Positions 36,813 to 47,734 of a DNA stretch of 64,000 bases are shown piece by piece. Both the position numbers and the translations under genes were made by a program. Positions within the stretch are counted from its first letter, which is position 1. The number at the start of each line of letters is the position of its first letter. The notes below the pieces were generated by a model. That model searched no databases. It was not told the DNA's origin and saw only the letters and a program-made list of their open reading frames with translations. The DNA is taken from positions 1-64,000 of IMG/VR virus record IMGVR_UViG_3300021197_000193. One strand, given 5' to 3'. The stretch is from an uncultured virus (IMG/VR IMGVR_UViG_3300021197_000193). Lineage: Duplodnaviria > Heunggongvirae > Uroviricota > Caudoviricetes.

Positions 36813-39800
36813 ATGTCTTTTGTTATAGAAGCCGTTGAAGACGTAGTTGACACTGCAGTAGATTTTGTTGAAGACGTTACAGGTAATATTGCTGACGTTG
36901 TTGAAGATGCTGTTGAATGGGTTATGGATGAAGTTGTTCAGCCTGTAGTTGATGGTGTAGAAAACGTTGTAGAGTATGCGTTAGATAATCCCATTGAGGC
37001 AATTGCTACCGTTACCGCTGCAGTTATGACCGCAGGTGGCAGTCTTACATTAATGCAAGGCGCGTTGATAACAGGGGCTGGCGCAGGGACACAAGCGTTA
37101 GTTGATGGAGAAAGTTTAGAGGACGCGGTAAAAGCCGCGGTTATCAGCGGTGCAGGTACTTATGTAGGCGGGACAGTCGGTAACTATGTAGGCCCATCCA
37201 TAGAGGCAGGAACCGCAGCGGTATTTGCTAACCCTAAGTTAGCTTCTACAGTAGCCACGGCGTTAACCGCAGGGGCAGAAGGTGCCGCAAGGACGTACGT
37301 AGCAACAGGTGACCTAGAGCAGGCGGGCAACGCGTTTTTAACTGCCGCTGCAGTATCTGGCACGCAGGCGGGGGTGGATGCCGCCACAAATAAAATTATG
37401 GGTAACGTTGGGTACGAGCTAAACGAACTAGGCAACGTTGAACTAGACGGGGTGTCTGCAGGCATTAAAAACGCGGTCAGTGCGGGGATATCTGCAGAAT
37501 TGCTAGGGCAAGACGTGTCTAGCGCCATGTTATACGCAGGTGCAGGAGACATACTTTCTGATATTGGTAGTTCTGAGTTCCTAGAAAAATATGTAACTGA
37601 TACCGCGTTTGTTCAAAGTATTGTAGACAAATATACCCCTGTAGTTGAGTACATGCAGGAGTTTGTGGACAGCGTTGAAGCGTCCGCAAAAGAAAATTTA
37701 ACTGATGCGCAAATAAAAGTTATAACCGATGCTACTGTTGCAGCGTTCGATGTAGCTAAACAGGGTAACCCTGAACTAGCAGGAGAAACATTTTTTGGTA
37801 AAGATGGTTTAGGTAAGTCCGCGTATGATACGATGTACGACTTTATTACCGATCCAATTAACTCTGCGTTAGACGATTTTACTGGTAATACCGCTACTAC
37901 AATTGAAAAAGCTACAGCAATAAATGAGGCTGTAGAAGAACAAAAAAATGTAGTAGCTGCGCATAATGCGCGGGTCGCTGAGTACAATGTACTATGGGAC
38001 ACTTATGATACGTTTGCCTACGTACGAGATCAGAGGCTTGCGGAGCACGAAGCCAACCCCACTCAAGCCACTTTAGACGCGCTCAATACCGCAACACAGG
38101 ATTTAAATGCCCAAGCTGCGCGAATAAACGCAGAAGCGCCCGCGTTAAAAAATCAAATCGACGCTGGGCTAACGGCGGATGGCCCTATTGCTGCTGCTAA
38201 CGCCGCGGTTGACGCCGCTAACAAAGATTATCAAGACACATATCAATACATTTTAAGTGATTTTGAAGACCTAGACGCCGCGCTAGTCCCCATGAAACAG
38301 GAGGCAATTAAACTAGCCGCAACATCTTTAATACCTGATCTAGCAGTAGATGAGTATGGAAATTTTTATGGTTTATCTCCTGATGAGGTGTATGAAAACG
38401 CACTGCAAAACTTTACCAATAGACCCACTACAGAAAGCTCTATTCGTAGCGCGTTAGACACAGCAAGATTTTCCGCGGTAACCAAGGCTCTCGCAGATCA
38501 AGGCATAGATATTTACAGTCTAAGTAAAGATCAGATTGGCACATTGCTGAACTACGCGAACAACGAACTGCAAACATTTGCGGATATTGTGCCGCAGCCG
38601 GGAGATGCTCCTATAGCAGGAACGCAGGAGTTTTCTAACAACCTGTTTAACTTGCTGCGAAATGATACTTCAGATGCAACTCCTGAATTTAAAGCCTTTA
38701 TAGAAGCGTCTGGTTTTGACATTGGTGATGATGATTACCAACCTTTTTTAAACGGCGAGTACATACAAACTACTGACGGTAGTGTCATAGCCACGGAGGG
38801 GATGAGCGAAGCAAACTTACTTTACGCGCTAGAAAATAATAACATATCGGTAGATGAACTTGAATACGCAGGTCCAGCCGCGCAAGCCAAATTTGCAGAG
38901 TTATTATCATCAGGTATGAGTTACAGTGGTGATATCCCGGGAATAGGTGCGGCGTTGCTTCAAAATGCAGAAGCACAGACTGATGGTTTTGCGTCTGCGC
39001 AGGATAACAGAATACCTTTTGACGATGGGGTTACCGCAGAAGACTTGCTTTCGGGTGAGGCAGTAATCACTAATAAAAACGGCCAACCTACATGGACTTT
39101 AGTTGACACTGTTGTGGCCGATGGTGATGGCGTTGTCACAGTTGCAAATAATGACGGTACGGTAGACCTTCTAACTGGCACTTTAGACGCAATAGTTATA
39201 ATGGAAAACAGCGCTACATTATCCTTGTTAGTAACAAACAGAAACCCAAAGTCATTGTTGTCGCCAGAGTACCTTGAAGGTCTTTACGGCACTACCGTAG
39301 GGTCTGAAATTAAAACAAGTTTACTACCCCCACCGAACGGTGCAGCGTGGATGCAGACTGTGTTAGACCTTACAGCAGAGCAAGGTGCGCAACTGGATGA
39401 GCAAGTTGGTAGTCCTTTCCACAAAGCCTTTAGTCGTTTGTATGAAGTGTACAAAAAAGAAACGCCTGAAGACCAACAGAAAGCATTTACGAACGCCGCA
39501 AGCGTAGTGACGGGGGCTAGTGGAGAATTACTAACCGCAGCGGCGTTTCTAGGTGGATTGGCTTTAGATGTAGATGTAGAAAACAACGCGGTGCTATCAG
39601 TCGCAAAAGACATGGTTAAACTTAGCGGAGATTTACGGACCGACGAGTGGAAGGCAGGCGCGGCTGATATGCAAGCGCGGTCACAAAACTACGATGCAGA
39701 GTGGCGAGCTAACAACCCCGGCAAAGAACCTACCCTAGCAGACAAAGGTTATTTAAAAGCACAGGCAATATGGGGGAACCTTACTGAGCACCCCGTGCAA

Positions 39801-42800
39801 TTTCTTGCTGAAAATGTGGGCAGTGAAATACTTCAAGAAGTCCCAATATTTTTGGCATCAGGTGGTACAGCTAACGTAGCCAAAGCAGCATTGATAAACG
39901 GCGGAGAAGCCTATGCTAAACGAATAGCTACGCGTGCCGCAGTGGGGACCGCGCTAGTTCTTGACGCAGGAGAAGCCTTTGGGGGCACCGCGGCTGCATC
40001 GTTTGATGAAACTTTTGCTACCGCTATGGCTGCGGTAAACGACGATGGATCACAACGGTTTACAGAACAAGAAGCCACTGATCTAGCTATGGAAACAGCC
40101 ACAAATGCGGGTATGATTGCAACGCTTACTACGTTAGCTACCGCAGGGATCGGAGGACAGGCGCTAGCAAAAAACATTCTTGGGGATAACGCTAGCGAAT
40201 TTGCAGGTGACTCTTTAGACATACTGGTTAAACGAGTTAACGACGGGTCAAAAGTTGTAATAAAAGAAGGTAGCACTGAGTTTGTAGAAGAAGCGCTACC
40301 GCAACTGTATACCGCGACTGTAAATTCACAGATTGATCCTGAATACGATGTGGCGGGGTCTGTTTGGGAAACTGGATTTATGGGGGTTGCTTCGGGTACG
40401 GGCGTTGCGGCGACGTTGTATTCTGGTAATGCTGTAGCAGACACGCTATTGCGAACAAATCCTAATGTTCGAGACGCGGTAAAAAATGCTGCAACGCCAG
40501 AAATGGCCTCTCAAGTGCTAACTGATTTAGGTGTTACAGACACCACAGTTTTGAACAACGTGTTAAACTCTACATATGACACGTTATATGTAAGCACTAA
40601 AGAAGCAGAGAAAATATTTGCTGACCAGAATCCAGACTATCAACCCACCCAAGCAGAAATAGAGTCGTTTGTATCCAAGAGCGCGGAGTCTAATGTAGCA
40701 ACAGCGGTTGCAGCGTACATAGACCCAAAGTTTCTAGATGCAGACGAAATACGTGCCGCGGCTGCTGATGCGGGGTTAACCCTTACAGACGAACAGGTTG
40801 CCAATTCCGTAGGGAAAGTCGATGACGAAACTTCCAGCCTTGCGTCATTAATAGATGCTTTGCGTACCGCCCCCGCAACACAAGGGGACATAGTTGACGC
40901 AATAAGCAATTTAGATTTAAATGCTGCGTCTACTGAAGCAGTTAAAGAAATTGTAGATAGCGCCATAGCGAGTATACCCGCAGGTGTGAGTACAGAAGAT
41001 GTTAGCAACGCTATAACCACGGCTATATCCGAATTACCTGCGGGTGTGAGCACAGAAGATGTTAGCGATGCTATAAACACAGCGCTAGGTTCACCTGCAA
41101 CAGTAGATGAAGACGGTAATCCTGTCGAAGCTACAGGTATATACAAGGTAATAGACGATTTACCTGAAGGGTTAAGCACAGAAGATGTTAACTCTGCAAT
41201 ATCTGACGCGTTAGAAGATATGAACAACTTGTCTACAACAGACGTAGATAAAATTGTAAGTGATGCACTGGGTTCACCTGCAACAGTAGATGAAGACGGT
41301 AATCCTGTCGAAGCTACAGGTGTATACAAGGTAATAGACGACTTACCTGAAGGGTTAACCACAGAAGATGTTAGCGAAGCTATAACCACTGCGATAGCAG
41401 ATATACCTGAAGGGTTAAGCACAGAAGATGTTAGCGATGCTATAAACACAGCGCTAGGTTCACCTGCAACAGAAGACGATCCTGCTACAGGTATATACAA
41501 GGTAATAGACGATTTACCTGAAGGCTTAAGCACAGAAGATGTTAACTCTGCAATATCTGACGCGTTAGAAGATATGAACAACTTGTCTACAACAGACGTA
41601 GATAAAATCGTAAGTGATGCACTGGGTTCACCTGCAACAGTAGATGAAGACGGTAATCCTGTCGAAGCTACAGGTGTATACAAGGTAATAGACGACTTAC
41701 CTGAAGGGTTAACCACAGAAGATGTTAGCGAAGCTATAACCACTGCGATAGCAGATATACCTGAAGGGTTAAGCACAGAAGATGTTAGCGATGCTATAAA
41801 CACAGCGCTAGGTTCACCTGCAACAGAAGACGANNNNNNNNNNGGTTAACCACAGAAGATGTTAGCGAAGCTATAACCACTGCGATAGCAGATATACCTG
41901 AAGGGTTAAGCACAGAAGATGTTAGCGATGCTATAAACACAGCGCTAGGTTCACCTGCAACAGAAGACGAACCTGCTACAGGTATATACAAGGTAATAGA
42001 CGACTTACCTGAAGGGTTAAGCACAGAAGATGTTAACTCTGCAATATCTGACGCGTTAGCAGATATGAACAACTTGTCTACAACTGACGTAGATAAAATT
42101 GTAAGTGATGCACTGGGTTCACCTGCAACAGTAGATGAAGAAGGTAATCCTGTTGATGCTACAGGGGTGTACGCCACTATTGCTGATCTAAACAACTTAT
42201 CTTCGGATGACGTTGATAAACTAATAGGTACAGCTATTGAAGCGCTACCTGAAGGGTTAAGTACAGAAGATGTTAGCGGTGCTATAAACACAGCCTTGAA
42301 AGGCTTGGAAAACCTTTCTTCTACTGACGTTGACACCGCAATAACCGACGCGCTAGCAGACATAAACAACCTGTCTTCTGAAGATGTGCAGGGTATTGTC
42401 GATACAGCTATTGGTGATCTAAACGACTTATCTACAACAGACGTAGATAAAATTGTAAGCGATGCACTGGGTTCACCTGCAACAGTAGATGAAGAAGGTA
42501 ATCCTGTTGATGCTACAGGGGTGTACGCCACTATTGCTGATCTAAACAACTTGTCTTCGGATGAAGTTGGTAAACTGATAGATACAGCTATTGACGCGTT
42601 ACCTGAAGGGTTAAGTACAGAAGATGTTAGCGGTGCTATAAACACAGCCTTGGAAGGCTTGGAGAATCTTTCTTCTACTGACGTTGATACTGCTATAACC
42701 GACGCTCTTGCAGACATAAACAACCTGTCTTCTGAAGATGTGCAGGGTATTGTCGATACAGCTATTGGTGATCTAAACGACTTATCTACAACAGACGTAG

Positions 42801-43921
42801 ATAAAATTGTAAGCGATGCACTGGGTTCACCTGCAACAGTAGATGAAGAAGGTAATCCTGTTGATGCTACAGGGGTGTACGCCACTATTGCTGATCTAAA
42901 CAACTTGTCTTCGGATGAAGTTGGTAAACTGATAGATACAGCTATTGACGCGTTACCTGAAGGGTTAAGCGCGGGTGATGTTAGCACGGCTATAAATACA
43001 GCCTTGGAAGGCTTGGAAAACCTTTCTTCTACTGACGTTGACACTGCAATAACCGACGCGCTAGCAGACATGAACAACCTGTCTTCTGAAGATGTAGACG
43101 GTATAGTTGATAGCGCGGTAAAAACGATTACCGAAGATGTGTCTGGTTTAGAAACCCAAATTGGTGACCTAGAAACACAAATTGGTGACGTAGAAACTAA
43201 TTTGGAAGACCAACTAGACGCACTTGGGTTGTCTACAGCAGAACAATTAACCACAATCGCGGACCTTATAGGAAAGCCAGAACGCGCAGTAACGCAGGAA
43301 GATGTAGATTTTGTTGTTGATCTAACCGCGCAAGAAAATGTCAGCCAAGAGTTAATTACGCAGTATGATGTTACTGGAGATGGTATTCTTGACATTAACG
43401 ACCAAGACCTGCTAAATCTTGTGCTACAGGGTAGTGACGCTACCCTTGCGGACTCTTCTATATTTACTCCTGCGACAGGGTTGTATGCACAGCAGCAGCA
43501 AGCTCAACAGCAACAACAAGAGTTTCAACAGCAGCAAGCTCAACAGCAGCAGCAAGATACAGATTCAGTTTCGGAACTAATAAACAACTTAAACACGCAA
43601 ATAAACGCACAGCTAGACACCAATGCACAACAGCAAGCAGCGCGGGACTTTTTAGAGTTAGAGCAGCTAGGGGCGTTCCAAGGAGCTAGGACAACAGTGA
43701 CTACCCCAGACCCGTTAAACTTGGATTACTTGTACGACTTTGAAAGTATTTTTGCTAACCCTACGCAAGAAGGCAAGTTTTTAAGCCCGTACAGCACTAC
43801 AACGCGAAATAAACCCGCTAATCAACCTACGGGACCAATGCCCATGGCAAGCGGATTTGCAGAGGGTGGACAGGTTGAGGATGAAAATGATATGCTACTA
43901 AGATTACTTGGAGAAGCGTAA
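36813..43921 (+). CDS. Giant acidic repeat-containing internal virion/ejection protein (spans assembly gap)
   Basis: ORF 36813..41849 and the frame containing 42065..43921 carry the same repeats on either side of the N gap at 41834-41843; hydrophobic G/A-rich N-terminal helices; DVTGDGILDIND Ca-binding-like loop; FAEGG near the C-terminus. Confidence 0.7.
40980..43110 (+). repeat. Near-identical 354-bp coding tandem repeats
   Basis: Equivalent positions 42121/42475/42829 and 41430/41784 are 354 bp apart (118 aa; LPEGLSTEDV, LGSPATVDE). Confidence 0.9.
41834..41843. other. Assembly gap (10 N) within the tandem repeat
   Basis: Run of N; flanking sequences are repeat copies. Confidence 0.99.
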
Positions 43922-44586
43922 TGGGTATTATAGAAGACGGTTTAAGCGCGTTAGATGGGTTAATGTTTAAAGATACGCCTACAAAAGGCGACCCAAACGC
44001 TTACGAGACTACTGGATTAGGGCAAGTAATAGGTTTAATTGGGGGCGCATCTGGATTATTTGACAGCGATACCCCTGCTACAGGATATCAAGGCGGTATC
44101 CCACAATATTCTGCGCGGCGGCAGGCTGTACCAAACACAAACGACCCTAATCGAAGGCCGGGCAGTGGTGGGCAGCGCTATTTTACGGATATGCAGTACA
44201 CAACTCCTACCACAGATACACCTATGAGCGCAGAAGGGTTGGCAGCGATGAACGCAGCGAACCCCGCAAGAGAGCTACGTAAAAGACCTGAAATACAGCA
44301 AATGGCTAGAGGGGGTATAGCTACCTTAAAAGAAGGTACATACCTGCGTGGCACAAGCGATGGGATGGCTGATAAAGTACCCGCAAATATAGACGGCGTG
44401 CAGGAAGCTAGACTAAGTGATGGGGAATTTGTAATTCCTGCAGATGTTGTTAGTCACCTTGGGAACGGTAATTCGGACGCAGGAGCTAAAGTGTTACAAG
44501 ATATGATGCGGCGTATACGTAAAACTCGCACAGGCAACGAAAAACAGGGTAAAGAAATAAACCCGCAACAAATTTTACCCGTGTAG
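43921..44586 (+). CDS. Internal virion protein with DGMAD...ARLSDGEFVIPADVV domain
   Basis: Motif common in phage internal/tape-measure proteins; MARGG motif. Confidence 0.65.
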   Translation: MGIIEDGLSALDGLMFKDTPTKGDPNAYETTGLGQVIGLIGGASGLFDSDTPATGYQGGIPQYSARRQAVPNTNDPNRRPGSGGQRYFTDMQYTTPTTDTPMSAEGLAAMNAANPARELRKRPEIQQMARGGIATLKEGTYLRGTSDGMADKVPANIDGVQEARLSDGEFVIPADVVSHLGNGNSDAGAKVLQDMMRRIRKTRTGNEKQGKEINPQQILPV

Positions 44587-44596
44587 GAGGTCAGAC

Positions 44597-45424
44597 ATGG
44601 TTACTCCCGTACTAACTGGAAGCAGCGAAGACCCAATTAAAACAGGTGTAGAAAGTTCTCTGTCTAATTGGGCTGGCCCCTACGTTACTGAAATGCTCGG
44701 TAAGGGCCAAGCGTTAGCAGGTGAAGACTACAATGCGTATATGGGGCCACTCACAGCGGGTGCGTCTGACTTACAAGATCAAGCGTTTCAAGGTGTGGCC
44801 GGATTAGCGTTACCTACAGACCAAATGGGTACTGGGGGGTATCAAACACAAACGTTTACTGGGGACATTGCTCAACAGTATATGAACCCGTACTTGCAGG
44901 CATCGTTAGACCCACAATTAGCGGAAGCTAGACGCCAAGCGGAAATATCTAGGGTACAGGATGCGGGCAGGTTAACACAGGCAGGTGCTTACGGGGGGTC
45001 ACGTCAAGCCCTTATGGAAGCAGAAGGTTCGCGGAACTTAGGACAAAACCTAGCGGCCATAACAGGACAAGGTTACGCTGATGCGTACAGGCAGGGTTTA
45101 GGCCAGTTTAACATAGAACAAGACCGTGGGATGCTCGCGCAAGATAAAACTAACCTGTATGGTGCCGAAGGATTACAGCGGCTAGCAAACATGGGCGCAA
45201 CGCAACGCGGGATTGAATCGGAAGGCATTACGGCGGATAGACTGCAGTTTGAAGAAGAACGTGACTTCCCATACAAACAGGTGCAGTACATGCAGTCTTT
45301 GTTGCAGGGGCTACCGATAGCCGCGCAATCAGTGCAATACGAGGAACCTAGTTACCTACAAAGGATAGCTGCGGGAGCCTCAGATACCGAAACCTTACTG
45401 TCAAACTTGTTTGGACGAGGCTAA
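44597..45424 (+). CDS. Putative DNA ejection (pilot) protein
   Basis: YMNPYLQ, AGAYGGSRQ, Q/A/G-rich; AGGAGG RBS. Confidence 0.65.
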   Translation: MVTPVLTGSSEDPIKTGVESSLSNWAGPYVTEMLGKGQALAGEDYNAYMGPLTAGASDLQDQAFQGVAGLALPTDQMGTGGYQTQTFTGDIAQQYMNPYLQASLDPQLAEARRQAEISRVQDAGRLTQAGAYGGSRQALMEAEGSRNLGQNLAAITGQGYADAYRQGLGQFNIEQDRGMLAQDKTNLYGAEGLQRLANMGATQRGIESEGITADRLQFEEERDFPYKQVQYMQSLLQGLPIAAQSVQYEEPSYLQRIAAGASDTETLLSNLFGRG

Positions 45425-45425
45425 T

Positions 45426-47720
45426 ATGGCGTTAGAAACTGGTGGGCTTGACGCCCAAATCGAACAGCGAATGGACGCCTATCGTGGCAACCCGCAAAAG
45501 TTACAGCAGCGTTACGGGGCCAACAAGGAACTCCTAGATTTATTAGCACTGCAAAAACTTACGTCTGAAAAGCAGGCGGCGGCACGCGATATGCAAATGA
45601 AAATGCAGCAGCAGCCCGGCACTATAGCGCAGCAGCGCGAACAACAAGCCTTGGACCTAACAAAACAACAGATGGGTGGTACGCTTGGAGAACTAACGGG
45701 ACGTACTGCAGGTACTCTAGGGCAAAAACAAAAACAACAGCAGCAAAATATGCAGCGTATGGCAAAGATGCAGCCGCGCAAACCCGCAGGTATCGCAGGA
45801 CTTCCGGGCCTTGCAGGTGCTGGAGCCAGACCTCCACAAGCGCAGGGTTTAGCAGGTGCACGTATGGCGCAGGCCGCAGCACAAGGCGGTCCAAAAAGAA
45901 TGGCAAGTGGGGGCATCGTGTCGTTTGCGGAAGGCGACCAAGTGTCTAGCCCTATTAGTCGGTTTTTTGAAGGTTTGACTAATAAGTTTGACAAACGGGG
46001 CGCACGAAACAAATTAGAGGCGGCGGTCCGTCAAAAATATGGACCCTTTGCAACGGCTGACGGACTGTTTACTCCGCAGTCTGAAAAACAACAAACGTAT
46101 GCTAAAGACGTTATTAGCATGATAGACTCACTAAGCGACCAAGAATTACAAACACTTGCTAACGCCCCCTTTACTTCAAGTATGAACGAAGCGCAGCTAC
46201 AAGCGTTACCACGTTTGCCCGGCGATGTAGGTCGTCCTGACTTTGTTCCTGATAACTACGAGCCGGGGACTGTGGTTTCTAGTGATCCCACCCTGCCATC
46301 TAGACCTGTACCTGATACAGTGGCAAGCCCTACTTCGGTAGACCCTACTACTTCGGCAGACCCTACTACAGGTACTGTGACGTTTGCACCTGTGGAGCAG
46401 GAAGACTTTTTTAAGGACGTACCTACATCGTACGACCCCGTAGCACCAGAAAAGGCGGATAAATCAGCGCTAAATACATCTATTACTGACATGACGGACC
46501 AAGCGGGAAAAACTCCTACTAGAGCGAGCGTGGACTCTCTACAAGCTGCACCATTAGAAGCGGTAGCTGCACCGTACACAGAATCAGAACAGAAATTAGC
46601 TGACGAACTTTCAGAACGCTACGTTGCGGATTCAAACGAAAAACCTTTAGAAAGACTTGACGCGGCACGGGCCAGTTCTGATGAGTATTTTGACCGCGCA
46701 GGTGTAGCAGCGCTTTACGACCAACAAGAAAAAGATGAGCGTGCTCTACAAGCTGACATATTAAGCCCGTCAAAACTTAAACGGCTACGCAGATTGCGGG
46801 CGATGTCTGGCGCAAGACGTGGGCTTGGGGGTATCACCGATGCGTACTTGGGCGAATTAGATAAACAAGCAACAGACCGTAGCGCAGGACTTACAACCTT
46901 ACGGGGTATTCAAGACACAGGGGTAACCAGCGACTACAATATTGCCTCCAAAGGAGCAGCTTCAGGGGAAAACGCAGCACTGCGGGCCGAGAACAGACGC
47001 ACTACAGGTATGGGTGGGTTGCAGGGGATTCTGGATCAAGGACAAGAACGCGCGTTACAGGGGCAACGAGAAGAAAACGACGTCCGCGCGCTTAACTTCC
47101 AAGCAGACAGCGCCATTGCGGAGGGTAATTTCAACGCCGCAAGAGAAGCGTACAACCGTCAAGGTAGCGCACTTCGTAAAGTTGTTCAGATGAACATAGA
47201 TGATGTTAACAACCAAGTTAAAACAAACTTGTCTATTTCTGAAGACCAAAACTCAGCGATGCGCGACGCACTGGAAGCCAAGCTAGAAGTCGCAAAAGCA
47301 AAATCTAAAGCGCGGTACGAGCAAAATGTTGCATTAATGAACAACGAGGTGGAGCTGCAAAAACTGCTAGACGCGCGCGCTGCAACTGTTAACGCCAGCG
47401 TAGAAGAAGTTTTGAAGAATGACCCAACAGTTATGGCGCTACGAGCTAAACAAGCTGAGTTGGCAGCGACAGAAAACGAACCTGAACTTAGAAAAATTAA
47501 CGAACAACTAGAGAGGCTTAGACGTGCTACCATAGAAGTGCTTGTTAGCCGATACGATACTTTTGCTGATATGTACGCAGAAACAGCCGATTTAGCCGAA
47601 CGTATCATGCAGGTTAGGGCGGGGAATACTATGGTGTCTAGCACGCGTAGTGAATTAAACCCCAATGATATTGTAGATCGTACTCGCCTTGACTATCAAC
47701 CATCGGTTCCAAACCCATAA
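45426..47720 (+). CDS. Putative ejection protein
   Basis: Gln-rich N-terminus, MASGGIVSFAEG, long coiled coil; start refined to 45426. Confidence 0.65.
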   Translation: MALETGGLDAQIEQRMDAYRGNPQKLQQRYGANKELLDLLALQKLTSEKQAAARDMQMKMQQQPGTIAQQREQQALDLTKQQMGGTLGELTGRTAGTLGQKQKQQQQNMQRMAKMQPRKPAGIAGLPGLAGAGARPPQAQGLAGARMAQAAAQGGPKRMASGGIVSFAEGDQVSSPISRFFEGLTNKFDKRGARNKLEAAVRQKYGPFATADGLFTPQSEKQQTYAKDVISMIDSLSDQELQTLANAPFTSSMNEAQLQALPRLPGDVGRPDFVPDNYEPGTVVSSDPTLPSRPVPDTVASPTSVDPTTSADPTTGTVTFAPVEQEDFFKDVPTSYDPVAPEKADKSALNTSITDMTDQAGKTPTRASVDSLQAAPLEAVAAPYTESEQKLADELSERYVADSNEKPLERLDAARASSDEYFDRAGVAALYDQQEKDERALQADILSPSKLKRLRRLRAMSGARRGLGGITDAYLGELDKQATDRSAGLTTLRGIQDTGVTSDYNIASKGAASGENAALRAENRRTTGMGGLQGILDQGQERALQGQREENDVRALNFQADSAIAEGNFNAAREAYNRQGSALRKVVQMNIDDVNNQVKTNLSISEDQNSAMRDALEAKLEVAKAKSKARYEQNVALMNNEVELQKLLDARAATVNASVEEVLKNDPTVMALRAKQAELAATENEPELRKINEQLERLRRATIEVLVSRYDTFADMYAETADLAERIMQVRAGNTMVSSTRSELNPNDIVDRTRLDYQPSVPNP

Positions 47721-47734
47721 TATAAGGTCATATA

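Noticed and set aside
41834..42065. Frameshift, pseudogene or programmed frameshift in the giant repeat gene
   Set aside because: The frame change coincides with a 10-N scaffold gap of arbitrary length.
40640..43395. Long minus-strand ORFs (387 and 533 aa) and other antisense ORFs in the track
   Set aside because: Shadows of repetitive or biased sense genes; Ser-rich, no RBS, fully overlapping well-supported CDSs.
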